A DNA stretch of 64,000 nucleotides. Origin: a virus. Its lineage: Duplodnaviria > Caudoviricetes. Each line of letters begins with the position of its first letter. The first letter of the stretch is position 1. A program made the position numbers and the translations under genes. The notes under the pieces are model-generated. The model saw nothing but the letters and a program-made list of their open reading frames with translations. It had not been told where the DNA came from and searched no databases. The stretch is from positions 96,001-160,000 of the IMG/VR virus record IMGVR_UViG_3300031992_000012. The stretch is one strand, 5' to 3'. This document shows, piece after piece, positions 8,722 to 17,897 of the stretch.

Positions 8722-9533
8722 TGGGAATGGATTTCTACAAGAAAGAAGCCGATGAACCGCGCAGCCCCTGGGTAAGCGCAGGAATCGGCGCGGGCGGTGG
8801 TGGATTGCTTGCAGCCGCCCTAGGCTATATCTACGGGCATCGTGGCAAGTGGCTGGCGTATGATACGCTTACAGGCGGTCTTGCCGGCGGTGCGGCCGGG
8901 TACGCTATTGAACAGAGTAATAAGAACAGGATAGAAAACGGGCCTAAAGAAGGCCCGGAGACAGACTATGCCCACAACCCCGTAGGTGTCAGCGCCGGCG
9001 CCCGCATGAAGATAGACCGGGATTACGACGCCGCTAACAAGGAGCGAATGAAGGGTCTGGAAAAATTCGGTAACTGGAAAGACGCTCTCTTGGCCGGATA
9101 CAAAGGGCAGACAGCACATCCAGGTAGCAGGTCGGCCGAGTATACAAGGGACGAAATAAAGTCTCTGGTGGAATACACCAATATGTCCCCGGACACGGCC
9201 AGAAAGATTGTTGAATGGAGTCCCTTCCACGCCCTGGGCAGAGGAATAGCATCCATAATGGATACTGTCAGAGGACCCAAGAGAGCAGACCCGTTCCGTG
9301 ATGAAGATGCCCAGCTTGCGTCCGCCGGAAAGAAGTATGAAAACGGCAGGATAGTCAATCTCAGGCCAGGGGAGCATAGTCTAGTTAATCCTGATTCAAA
9401 GCATGAACGCTTTAAGAAAGCGTTCGCCGCCAGACTGAAAGCCGAGCGTGCCAAGGCGGCGGAAGAGAAGATGAAATTCTGGATGCAGGACCCGGAGGAA
9501 ATCAGAAATCCGAGACTTGCCAGGAATAAGTAA
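8721..9533 (+). CDS. Glycine-zipper protein, putative internal virion/ejection protein
   Basis: KKEA then AGIGAGGGGLLAAALG...GGLAGGAAGY; TAATG coupling. Confidence 0.65.
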   Translation: MGMDFYKKEADEPRSPWVSAGIGAGGGGLLAAALGYIYGHRGKWLAYDTLTGGLAGGAAGYAIEQSNKNRIENGPKEGPETDYAHNPVGVSAGARMKIDRDYDAANKERMKGLEKFGNWKDALLAGYKGQTAHPGSRSAEYTRDEIKSLVEYTNMSPDTARKIVEWSPFHALGRGIASIMDTVRGPKRADPFRDEDAQLASAGKKYENGRIVNLRPGEHSLVNPDSKHERFKKAFAARLKAERAKAAEEKMKFWMQDPEEIRNPRLARNK

Positions 9534-9537
9534 ATAA

Positions 9538-11829
9538 ATGCCGACCACAACAACAGTAGGACGCATAATGCTCGACGCCGCCCTCCCGCCATCGGCGAGG
9601 GGGCATTACGACGAGCTTAACAGCAAGGGCCTGTCCAAGCTCCTCACCTACATGGCGCAGGAGCACCCGGAGGACACGGCCGCGACTCTTCGCGCCCTTG
9701 TCGACGTCTCCCGTGACACCATCTACTACCGTGGACGTGACGCCTCCCTGGGTCTGGCCGATCTTGTCATGCCGCCGGAGCTCCAGAAGTACCGGGACTC
9801 CGTCCGTGACGAGGTCAGGCTCATAATGGAAGGGCCAGGTTCCGCCAAGGAGAAGCAGAAGCAGACTATAGCCCTGCTTATGAAGCGCATCGGGGAAATA
9901 CCCGACACGCTGCTCCAGAAGCTCCCGGAGGACAACGCACTCGCCATGCAGGTTCGATCAGGCGCCCGAGGAAACAAGAGCCAGCTAATGCAGACGCTTT
10001 TCGGCGACGTTCTTGTCGTAGACGCGCAGGACCGTCCGGTCCCTATTCCCTCGCTTCACGGATATGGCGAAGGCGTCACCCCGATGGAGTACTGGGCCGC
10101 CTCAAACGGGGCCCGTAAAGGCTCCGTGTCGGTCCAGTTCAGCACGGCTGAAGGCGGTTATTTCGGCAAGCAGATGAGCAACGTGGGCCATCGTATCGTC
10201 GTCACCTCCCGTGACTGCGGTACCACGCGCGGCATACCTGTCGACGCGGACGACGAGGACAACGTGGGCTCCGTTCTGGCCGCCGACGTCGGACCATACA
10301 AGGCCGGCACGATTATAACCAAGGACATGATGGGCAAGCTGGGCGACGGGAAAATCCAGGTTCGCTCGCTTGTGACATGCGAACAAGGAGACGGAGTGTG
10401 CAGCAAGTGCTGCGGCATGCGCGAGAAAGGGCGTCTTCCGGACATCGGAGACCCGGTCGGAATCGTCGCGACCCGTTCCATTTCAGAGCCTGTCACGCAG
10501 GCCGGCCTGAAGTGCCTTGACCCGCGCACCGAAGTGCGCATGGCCGACGGCTCCGTGAAGAAGCTGATGGACATGCAGATAGGCGACATGGTTCTCGGCG
10601 TCGACAAGGACGGCAAGACGTCGCCCGCCAAGGTGCTCAACGTCTATTACAACGGATACAAGAAGACAATCTGGTCTGTCTGGGTCAGCGAGGACGGCAG
10701 CGACGCCGCCAGCCTGGTCTGCACGCCCGACCACAAGTTCCTCTGCCTCAACGACGACAACGAGATCGAGGAACGACCAATAAAGGATATTACGCGGCTT
10801 CTTTCGCAGGAAGGCAAGCCGCTTCTGCTTATCGACTACATGTCGCTGGACGGTCCGTCCGAGACAATGGACATAGAGGTCGACAACAAGGACCACCTGT
10901 TCATGCTGGCGGAAGGCGTCAGCACATCCAACTCCAAGCACACCGGCGGCGTCGCCGGTTCGGACGACAAGCAGGTGTCCGGCTTTAAGGAAATGAATCA
11001 GTTCGTCCAGGTGCCCGAGAACTTCATCGGCGCCGCGACCCTGGCCAGCGAAGACGGCCTTGTAACGGCTGTCCAGGCCGCCCCGGCAGGCGGCTGGAAC
11101 GTGTCGATTGACGGAAAGATCAACTACGTCCCGGCGGGACGCAACGTCATCGTCAAACCCGGCGAGCGCGTGTACGCAGGCGACATGCTTTCAGACGGCA
11201 CGCCCAACCCGGCCGAGCTCACCAAGTATAAAGGTATAGGAGAGGGCAGGCGCTACTTCGTCGAGAAGTACCGCGAGCTGCTAAAGAAGAACGGCGCGGC
11301 CGTCCACCGCCGCAACATCGAGGCGCTTGCCCGTGGCTTCATCAACCGCGTGGAGATAGACGACCCGGACGGATACGACGGATACATAATGGGCGACGTG
11401 ACGCCGTACGACTCATTCGCGCATGACTACAGGCCGAGGCCCGGCTCCTTGAAAGCCGACCCGAAATCGGCCACTGGAATGTACCTGGAGCACCCGGCGA
11501 TGCACTACTCCATCGGCACAAGGCTTACACCCCGTGTCGTGGACGAGCTGCGCAAGGGAGGTGTGAACGAGGTCATAGTCAACAAGAACGAGCCCGTGTT
11601 CAACGCCAAGGTGGTCCGCGCACGTTCAATGCTTTCCACCGACCCCGACTGGATTACGCGAATGGCGGGGGAAAACCTCAAGAAGAACATGCTGGAAAGC
11701 GCCCGTATGGGAGCGTCCAGCACACCGGCCGGAACATCGTACTTCCCCGCGATGGCCAATCCGACGCAGATAGACAAGTATCTCGGAGGACGCCCACGCT
11801 CCACCGACACCATGTACACGGAGATTTGA
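9538..11829 (+). CDS. rpoC: DNA-directed RNA polymerase beta' subunit, C-terminal part, intein-containing
   Basis: TTVGR, SGARG, EG-x-TPMEY, GARKG, TAEGGY (bridge helix), DCGT, RSLVTC...C-x2-CCG, VGIVA-x2-SISEPVTQ...HTGG (trigger loop). No NADFDGD motif. Confidence 0.93.
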   Translation: MPTTTTVGRIMLDAALPPSARGHYDELNSKGLSKLLTYMAQEHPEDTAATLRALVDVSRDTIYYRGRDASLGLADLVMPPELQKYRDSVRDEVRLIMEGPGSAKEKQKQTIALLMKRIGEIPDTLLQKLPEDNALAMQVRSGARGNKSQLMQTLFGDVLVVDAQDRPVPIPSLHGYGEGVTPMEYWAASNGARKGSVSVQFSTAEGGYFGKQMSNVGHRIVVTSRDCGTTRGIPVDADDEDNVGSVLAADVGPYKAGTIITKDMMGKLGDGKIQVRSLVTCEQGDGVCSKCCGMREKGRLPDIGDPVGIVATRSISEPVTQAGLKCLDPRTEVRMADGSVKKLMDMQIGDMVLGVDKDGKTSPAKVLNVYYNGYKKTIWSVWVSEDGSDAASLVCTPDHKFLCLNDDNEIEERPIKDITRLLSQEGKPLLLIDYMSLDGPSETMDIEVDNKDHLFMLAEGVSTSNSKHTGGVAGSDDKQVSGFKEMNQFVQVPENFIGAATLASEDGLVTAVQAAPAGGWNVSIDGKINYVPAGRNVIVKPGERVYAGDMLSDGTPNPAELTKYKGIGEGRRYFVEKYRELLKKNGAAVHRRNIEALARGFINRVEIDDPDGYDGYIMGDVTPYDSFAHDYRPRPGSLKADPKSATGMYLEHPAMHYSIGTRLTPRVVDELRKGGVNEVIVNKNEPVFNAKVVRARSMLSTDPDWITRMAGENLKKNMLESARMGASSTPAGTSYFPAMANPTQIDKYLGGRPRSTDTMYTEI
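10513..10932 (+). mobile_element. Mini-intein (140 aa, no endonuclease)
   Basis: Starts CLDPRTEVRMADG, block B CTPDHKF, ends DIEV...HLFMLAEGVSTSN, +1 Ser. Excision restores EPVTQAGLK-SKHTGG. Confidence 0.9.
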
Positions 11830-11832
11830 TTA

Positions 11833-12348
11833 ATGGACAGGAAATACCTGGCCGGGCTGATGAAGCTAGGGGCCGCCATGAAGAAGGCCGACGGCTTAGA
11901 CCTCCCGCTCGGCATGATAATAGGAAGTTCCATAGCAAGCGGAACGCCACGCGAGGAGTCGCCGAGCTACGCCGACGCGCAGGTAGTGGCCAACGTAAGT
12001 AACCCCGACCAGCGTGAAGCGCTTATAAAGAGGATGACAGCCCAGGCCCGTACCAACAACGGGCATATGAGCCGTGCCGGAAGCATGATTACCGGCGGTA
12101 TCGTCGGCGACATGCTGGGCGTCGGTCTCGGCGGGCTGATCTCCTCCATACTGGCCTCCCGCAAAGGACGTACCGTCGCAAACACTCTTACTCCCCTGGC
12201 AATGGGACACGCCCTCGGCATAGGCGGAGGCGTACTTGCAGGGTATGGTATTGACAAACGCAATCGCAGACTGCGCAAGGAACGCTACGAGCGCGAGCTG
12301 CGCGACAAGATAACAGCCCTTCGGTCTTCGGAGGAGATGGACGCATAA
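11833..12348 (+). CDS. Glycine-zipper protein, putative internal virion protein
   Basis: MKKA leader; GGIVGDMLGVGLGG and GHALGIGGGVLAGYG helices. Confidence 0.65.
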   Translation: MDRKYLAGLMKLGAAMKKADGLDLPLGMIIGSSIASGTPREESPSYADAQVVANVSNPDQREALIKRMTAQARTNNGHMSRAGSMITGGIVGDMLGVGLGGLISSILASRKGRTVANTLTPLAMGHALGIGGGVLAGYGIDKRNRRLRKERYERELRDKITALRSSEEMDA

Positions 12349-14415
12349 ATGGCTACTGAACCTTTTGAACAAAAATTTGGCATTCTCGCGGACAGCACGC
12401 TCAACGCCAAGCTGCCGGAGATGAAGACTTTCGCTATCGGCTTCCAGGTCGTAGACACGGAGGACGAGAACAGCCGGGCCTTTGGCGTCCAGCTCTACAA
12501 CATAGGCAAACACCTCGTAATGGTCCCCATGTTCTGGCTCAAGGGCAAGGTCAAGGGCGGCGAGGTCATGTACGTAAAGGACCTGAACCGTTTCCTCCCG
12601 TTCACCGAGGTCGACGTGAACAACCTAAAGACGGGCAAGACCTTCAGCATGGGCGACCCCGAGCCGGAAGGCGACAAGAAGAGCAAGGGCGACGCGTACA
12701 GCGTCTCCACGATGGAGCTCAACTGGCTCAATACCAAACGGGCAGGCGAAGTCACGCTGATCGACAAGCGCGACATCGCGCAGATGCTAGCCCATACAGG
12801 CGAGTACAAGATGCCCGAACTGAAGGACATCAGGATGTTCGGCCCCAAGGCCGCCGCCGACTTCACGCAGACCATGAAGGACCATCCGGAGTTCACGAAT
12901 ACCCTCATGCGTTTCCACACGCCGGAGGAAATAGCGGACGCCGTGATGCCTGGGCTGCGCAACGGCGCCCTTATAGAGAAGACGGCCTCGATAAAGCCGA
13001 AGACCGCACTCTACTTCGTGGACGACCCCTTCTGCAAGGAGGCCAAGGAGCTTCCTATGGAGCTCAAGCAGCTCCTCATGCGGGAAGGCATAGTGGCCGT
13101 GGACTCCCGTAAGGAGGCTTCAATCGCTCTCAAGGAGAAGAAGGCCGTAACTCGCTATGCGAACCCGACGTCGTCCGGCAAGTACAAGCTTGTAGGCTAT
13201 GACGGGACGCTCAAGGACGCAGAAATTATCGTCTTCAACGGGAAGGCCCCGGGATGCGAGGAAGTCCCGTGTTGCTGCGCCGCCGACACGCCGCTCATGC
13301 CCGGAAAGGCCCTCGTGGTCATGGACGGGAGGGCTAGCTACGCCAAGCCATCCCAGCTTACCGTCGACACCGAGGACGTTAAGGATGCCGACCTGGGCAA
13401 GTCCGTCACTGTCGAGGGAATACGTTCCAGCCTTGCCAAGCCAGACGGCGAATGGCAGAGGGACGTCTTTGAGCAGAAAGGCAACGTCGTGTTCTACGAC
13501 AAGTCGCATGATACGGCCTACTGCGGTGAATTAAGGACGGAAGGCGCAGAAATCGTCTTCCGTACAGGCTGGGACCAGCCAACGCTTCGGCTTGTCCTTA
13601 CAGGAAAGCCGGGAACGCTCTTCATCGAGGCCGGTGTCATGTACATACCCTCGACTGCGAAGATGATTGACCTTAGCTCATACAAGCGCAACGACCAGCG
13701 AGAGTTCAAGAGCGTCCAGAGCGCGGTGTCCGACACGCTCGTCCGTGGCGGGTTCGAGACCGTGAAGGTCGCCTCCGACGGTTCGCTGTGGCGCATCGCC
13801 GACAGCAAGGGCGGAAAGGACATGGTCGGATACAACGACAGCTTCCGCTACCTGGTGTCGGAGGTGGGTCTTCGAGCCAAGCAGGCCGCCGAGATTCTCG
13901 CCGACGCAAAGGCCGACAGCAAGTTCGGTCGTTTCGGCGACGGTGTCTCGTTCTGGGTCAAGCGCGCTTCGTTCGACCCGGCGGACGACCCATGGAGGGG
14001 CATCGGCAACGACATCTACGAAACGCGCGAGGCCGGTCTCAAGCTGAGCGGGCCGCTGGACGACAAGGCGCTCAAGCGCATAGAAGACGCCAGCAAGACA
14101 GACGTCAAGGAACTTTTCGACACACAGGTCATGACCGAGCTCGCAAAGAGCGCGTACAGCGTGGACAAGGTGCAGGAATACCTGCCTTACATGGCCCGCG
14201 CCCTCGACCGCGTCTGCCGCACGCTCATCATGTTCTATTGGCATAACGAGGACTTCGAGGAACGCTACGGAAAACAGAACATCCCGCAGCTCGAGGACTC
14301 CCTCAAGGACAATATCCAGTCGCTCGGCGGTCTTATCAGCTACCTGAAGGACAAGACGGTAAAGGACGACGACATGGAAGAGGATGAAGACGAACTCTCG
14401 GAGGAGATGGCATAA
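12349..14415 (+). CDS. Large hypothetical head-module protein
   Basis: 688 aa; KRAG, KTAS, KVAS, KRAS motifs; position in head cluster. Confidence 0.8.
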   Translation: MATEPFEQKFGILADSTLNAKLPEMKTFAIGFQVVDTEDENSRAFGVQLYNIGKHLVMVPMFWLKGKVKGGEVMYVKDLNRFLPFTEVDVNNLKTGKTFSMGDPEPEGDKKSKGDAYSVSTMELNWLNTKRAGEVTLIDKRDIAQMLAHTGEYKMPELKDIRMFGPKAAADFTQTMKDHPEFTNTLMRFHTPEEIADAVMPGLRNGALIEKTASIKPKTALYFVDDPFCKEAKELPMELKQLLMREGIVAVDSRKEASIALKEKKAVTRYANPTSSGKYKLVGYDGTLKDAEIIVFNGKAPGCEEVPCCCAADTPLMPGKALVVMDGRASYAKPSQLTVDTEDVKDADLGKSVTVEGIRSSLAKPDGEWQRDVFEQKGNVVFYDKSHDTAYCGELRTEGAEIVFRTGWDQPTLRLVLTGKPGTLFIEAGVMYIPSTAKMIDLSSYKRNDQREFKSVQSAVSDTLVRGGFETVKVASDGSLWRIADSKGGKDMVGYNDSFRYLVSEVGLRAKQAAEILADAKADSKFGRFGDGVSFWVKRASFDPADDPWRGIGNDIYETREAGLKLSGPLDDKALKRIEDASKTDVKELFDTQVMTELAKSAYSVDKVQEYLPYMARALDRVCRTLIMFYWHNEDFEERYGKQNIPQLEDSLKDNIQSLGGLISYLKDKTVKDDDMEEDEDELSEEMA

Positions 14416-14939
14416 TGAACGAACTTAAGCAAAAACTCCATGAAAAGCTTCTGGCGAAGAAGCAGGCCGGCCTCGGGGGGGATGCCTCGGAGGGCATCAA
14501 CGCCCCGCTGTCCCGTATGAGCGACGGCCGTTACAACATGGCCGGCGCGGCTCTCATGGGTGGTGGAACCGGTCTTGCAACCTACCTGATCAGCCGTCTG
14601 TTCGGACTCAAGAACGGCCCGAGCATCGTGGCTGCGCTGCTGGGCGGCCTCGGCGGAATCCACTATTCAATGGGCAAGCAGTACGCCAACGGCGGCGTAT
14701 ACAGCCCCATGAACTTCGACTGGTTCAACGACGCCTACAAAAGATGGCAGCAGGCCAAGAAGGGCATTCTGCCAACACCTGAACAGGCTGCACAGACTGC
14801 GCACAATATGGAAGTCGCCAAGAATCAGCGCAGACGTCCGGCCCCCTCTCCAATCCAGCAGCCGGAAACACATATGGCTGAAACAGAAATGAACAGGGAA
14901 GCGCTGAACAGCCGGGCCGAACAAAACGGCCTCCAGTGA
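14415..14939 (+). CDS. Glycine-zipper protein
   Basis: KKQA leader then GAALMGGGTG...AALLGGLGG. Confidence 0.65.
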   Translation: MNELKQKLHEKLLAKKQAGLGGDASEGINAPLSRMSDGRYNMAGAALMGGGTGLATYLISRLFGLKNGPSIVAALLGGLGGIHYSMGKQYANGGVYSPMNFDWFNDAYKRWQQAKKGILPTPEQAAQTAHNMEVAKNQRRRPAPSPIQQPETHMAETEMNREALNSRAEQNGLQ

Positions 14940-14967
14940 TAATTGATTTTTTAAAAGGGACAACACA

Positions 14968-15801
14968 ATGCTAGACTACCGGCAGGACATCTCAGAGGGT
15001 CCGGCCCGGCTATGGCGGAGGATTCAAAAAAGGGCGCAGATGCGTTCCCGTGGCGAGTCCCCCGCCGTATTGCCGATACCTGTCGAGGATACGGACATCG
15101 AATCCTTCTACGAGGTTATGACGGACCATACGATACCCATGGAGGTCGTGGAGCAGGCCTTCCCCGACCACTACAGGGCTGTCCGCTGGTATTTGTCGAC
15201 TTCGCAGAGCAGCCCACGCTGGCTGCTCGAGGCCTACCTGCTCACAGGACGCCCGATGGACGGCATACTGCAGGAGACGGGGATGAAGAATTTCTCCCTC
15301 TCCGTCGACATCTACCGTAGGGCCTTCTTCAATGTCCTGCCTGAGCAACTTGAGAGCCCGGTCTGGATGAACACGCACATATGGGTGCCTGGATCACTCC
15401 ACGCCAACGGGCTATACTACTATGATTACATATTGAAGCTGGCCGCCGTATCGCGTCCGGACCTTATATTAATACTGGCGTCACCCAGGCACCTACCCAG
15501 CGAGGCGCAGAAGTGGCTGCGCCACACAGTCGAGGACCACCGTGACAGGCAGGCCCTCGCCGCAGGCAACATCGCATCCAAGGCCCCTGTGGAGACACAG
15601 GTGATGATTACGGAGAACACTCTCCGCGATTGGCGCGCCGACCGCGAAAGCGAAGGCCTCGCCGCCCAGGACAGCGAGGCGCTGCGGGAACTAATGGAAG
15701 TAGTCGAACGCAACGTGTCCATACCGAGACCGGAGGACAAGCTGCCAGACATACAGGAATTCATATCAGAGAAATACTCCGACGAGGACATTATCAAATG
15801 A
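14968..15801 (+). CDS. Hypothetical protein
   Basis: 277-aa ORF, aaaggga SD. Confidence 0.8.
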   Translation: MLDYRQDISEGPARLWRRIQKRAQMRSRGESPAVLPIPVEDTDIESFYEVMTDHTIPMEVVEQAFPDHYRAVRWYLSTSQSSPRWLLEAYLLTGRPMDGILQETGMKNFSLSVDIYRRAFFNVLPEQLESPVWMNTHIWVPGSLHANGLYYYDYILKLAAVSRPDLILILASPRHLPSEAQKWLRHTVEDHRDRQALAAGNIASKAPVETQVMITENTLRDWRADRESEGLAAQDSEALRELMEVVERNVSIPRPEDKLPDIQEFISEKYSDEDIIK

Positions 15802-17897
15802 AGAAGATAAGCCCCATGGCGGAAATGCGGATGGTTGACACAATCCGTGCCGCCCGAGAATCCAGTGGCCGGGGAACGAACCCCAGCGAGGCCGTGGCGA
15901 AACTCGCCATGGAGCAGAACATGTCCACCGAACAGGCGGCCCGCATCTGCGAGGCCTTCAACAAGCTCGCGTCCATAGACCACCTGTCCAGTGATCAAGG
16001 GGACAGGGCGGCCAACTTCCCGCTGGCCGACAGCTCGGCGGTGCGGAAGATTATGCGCGACTCGCTCAAGATCGCCAACGAGCCGTTCAAGTTCCGCCGT
16101 ACGATAAACGACGATTTGCCTTTGCCCAAGATGACGGACAAGCAGGCTATGGAAATGATCTACAAGCCGACCGAGGAAGAGCGGAAGATGCTCGACACGG
16201 CGACAGACCGCATGCAGTATCTCGCGGACTGGGAGAGGATGCAGAGCGGAGTCAAGGCCATGAAGGTCGCCTCGGAGGAGGCGCGTCTCGGCGAGCTGAT
16301 GTTCGGCGAGGCTTTTATCAAGTTCGGGAACAAGGTCGCGTCCATGGATGACAGGGCCGTCGACAACATGGCCCGCTACGCTGTCTACAACTATGGAAAG
16401 GACGGTGTGAATTTTCTAACGGCGTTGGAAAATTTGACAGGCCGTGAGATCGACAAGAGCAGCCGCCCCTGCATGAAGACAGGGAGCGACGCCGAGAACG
16501 AAGTCGACAGGCTCATGTTCATGGCGGACAACGCCAAGGCGCTCAAAGTGGCGGCCGACCTTGTGATCGACGGGAATAAAATACCTTTTGGGTACTCGAT
16601 GTCTATTTACGACCCGAACCTCAATCCAGCGCAAGTAAACCAGGCGTCGAGTGACCTTACAGCTAAAAGAAAGGCTCTACAGAACATAAACTCTAACTAC
16701 GCCTATCAGGTTAACGAGGATTTGGCAGAGAAGCTGGATCGTCCCGACCTTACCGGAGCCGGCTCCGAGGCTGTCAAACAGTGGAATAGCCGGCTGAATA
16801 CTGTTGGGAAGCTAAAGGACACGACGTTTAATGAATCGCAGCGTGACACCGTTGAGGACACTAAGAAGATTCAGAACGCCATAAGCAAGATCAGGGCTGA
16901 GTTTGAGAAAAACGAGCTTGGTACTGTCCAGGACACCCAGCACATCCGTAATGAGATGGGTCATACCCAGGCTCAGCACGACCAGGCCACACAGGCCACT
17001 CGGAACAGCACCGACGCAATCCGTGTCAGCCTTGATAACGCCAGGGCGTTGTTCGACCAGCGGCAACAGCCCGGAAAGCTGATTACGGAAGCTGACAGAA
17101 ACCAGGTCGAAGCGGCCAAGGCCCGTGACGCGGCGGCCGAGCAGAGGGCCATAGACAACGCCCGTGCTACCGGTCGTTTGAGCACCGTCGAGGACAACGC
17201 CCTTAGGACGGAGGAAACAAGAGAGCTGGAGGCAGAGCAGAAATACCAGCATGCCCAGGCCGTCAAGGACTACGAGAACGCCCTTGCCGGTCGAGGGGAT
17301 ACAGAAGCCAAGCGCATGCTGCGCCAGTATGAGCGCGCCGAGGCCGACCGTGCATGGATGGAGGAGGAACGCCTCCGCAAGTCACGCGTCGACAATTTCA
17401 ACAGGCTGAAGGAACAGGGCGACCGCACGTCCAAGGCCCTGCAGGAAATGGCGAACAACACGCTCGCCAACACCAAGAGCGTCCTCAGCGGCGCCGTCGG
17501 CATAATGCAGAAAGCCGACGCGATCCGTCAGGCCCTCACACCGGAACAGCGTTCGGGAAACGCGGCCGCGCGCCCGCTCTCCAACGCGGCCACCAAGTAT
17601 CTTGAGAATCTCCGCCTCCACGACGTCTTCGCAAAGACATACCTTTCCGACCCGTACCTGCACCAGTATTCGCCGTCGGAAGTTGCGGAAGCCTTCAATA
17701 TCGTCTATGAGGTCGCCCCCGAGCTTGTGCGCCACGGGAGCAACCCGCATATAATCGGCGCCCTTATCAGGAAGTACCTCGCCAACACCAACCAGCTTGA
17801 CCCGCTCGAAATCCGCGACCTCACCTCGACAGAGAAGGACCGTGTGGACACGATGCTCAAGCAGGAGCAGCTCGAGGCGATTAAGAGGGGCAAGTAA
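15798..17897 (+). CDS. Coiled-coil head-associated protein
   Basis: ATGA overlap at 15798; KLAS, KIAN, KVAS x2, KVAA motifs; helical Q/E/R-rich centre. Confidence 0.75.
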   Translation: MKKISPMAEMRMVDTIRAARESSGRGTNPSEAVAKLAMEQNMSTEQAARICEAFNKLASIDHLSSDQGDRAANFPLADSSAVRKIMRDSLKIANEPFKFRRTINDDLPLPKMTDKQAMEMIYKPTEEERKMLDTATDRMQYLADWERMQSGVKAMKVASEEARLGELMFGEAFIKFGNKVASMDDRAVDNMARYAVYNYGKDGVNFLTALENLTGREIDKSSRPCMKTGSDAENEVDRLMFMADNAKALKVAADLVIDGNKIPFGYSMSIYDPNLNPAQVNQASSDLTAKRKALQNINSNYAYQVNEDLAEKLDRPDLTGAGSEAVKQWNSRLNTVGKLKDTTFNESQRDTVEDTKKIQNAISKIRAEFEKNELGTVQDTQHIRNEMGHTQAQHDQATQATRNSTDAIRVSLDNARALFDQRQQPGKLITEADRNQVEAAKARDAAAEQRAIDNARATGRLSTVEDNALRTEETRELEAEQKYQHAQAVKDYENALAGRGDTEAKRMLRQYERAEADRAWMEEERLRKSRVDNFNRLKEQGDRTSKALQEMANNTLANTKSVLSGAVGIMQKADAIRQALTPEQRSGNAAARPLSNAATKYLENLRLHDVFAKTYLSDPYLHQYSPSEVAEAFNIVYEVAPELVRHGSNPHIIGALIRKYLANTNQLDPLEIRDLTSTEKDRVDTMLKQEQLEAIKRGK

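Noticed and set aside
12349-14415. Portal protein assignment
   Set aside because: Size fits but I recognise no portal motifs; the portal may lie outside the window.
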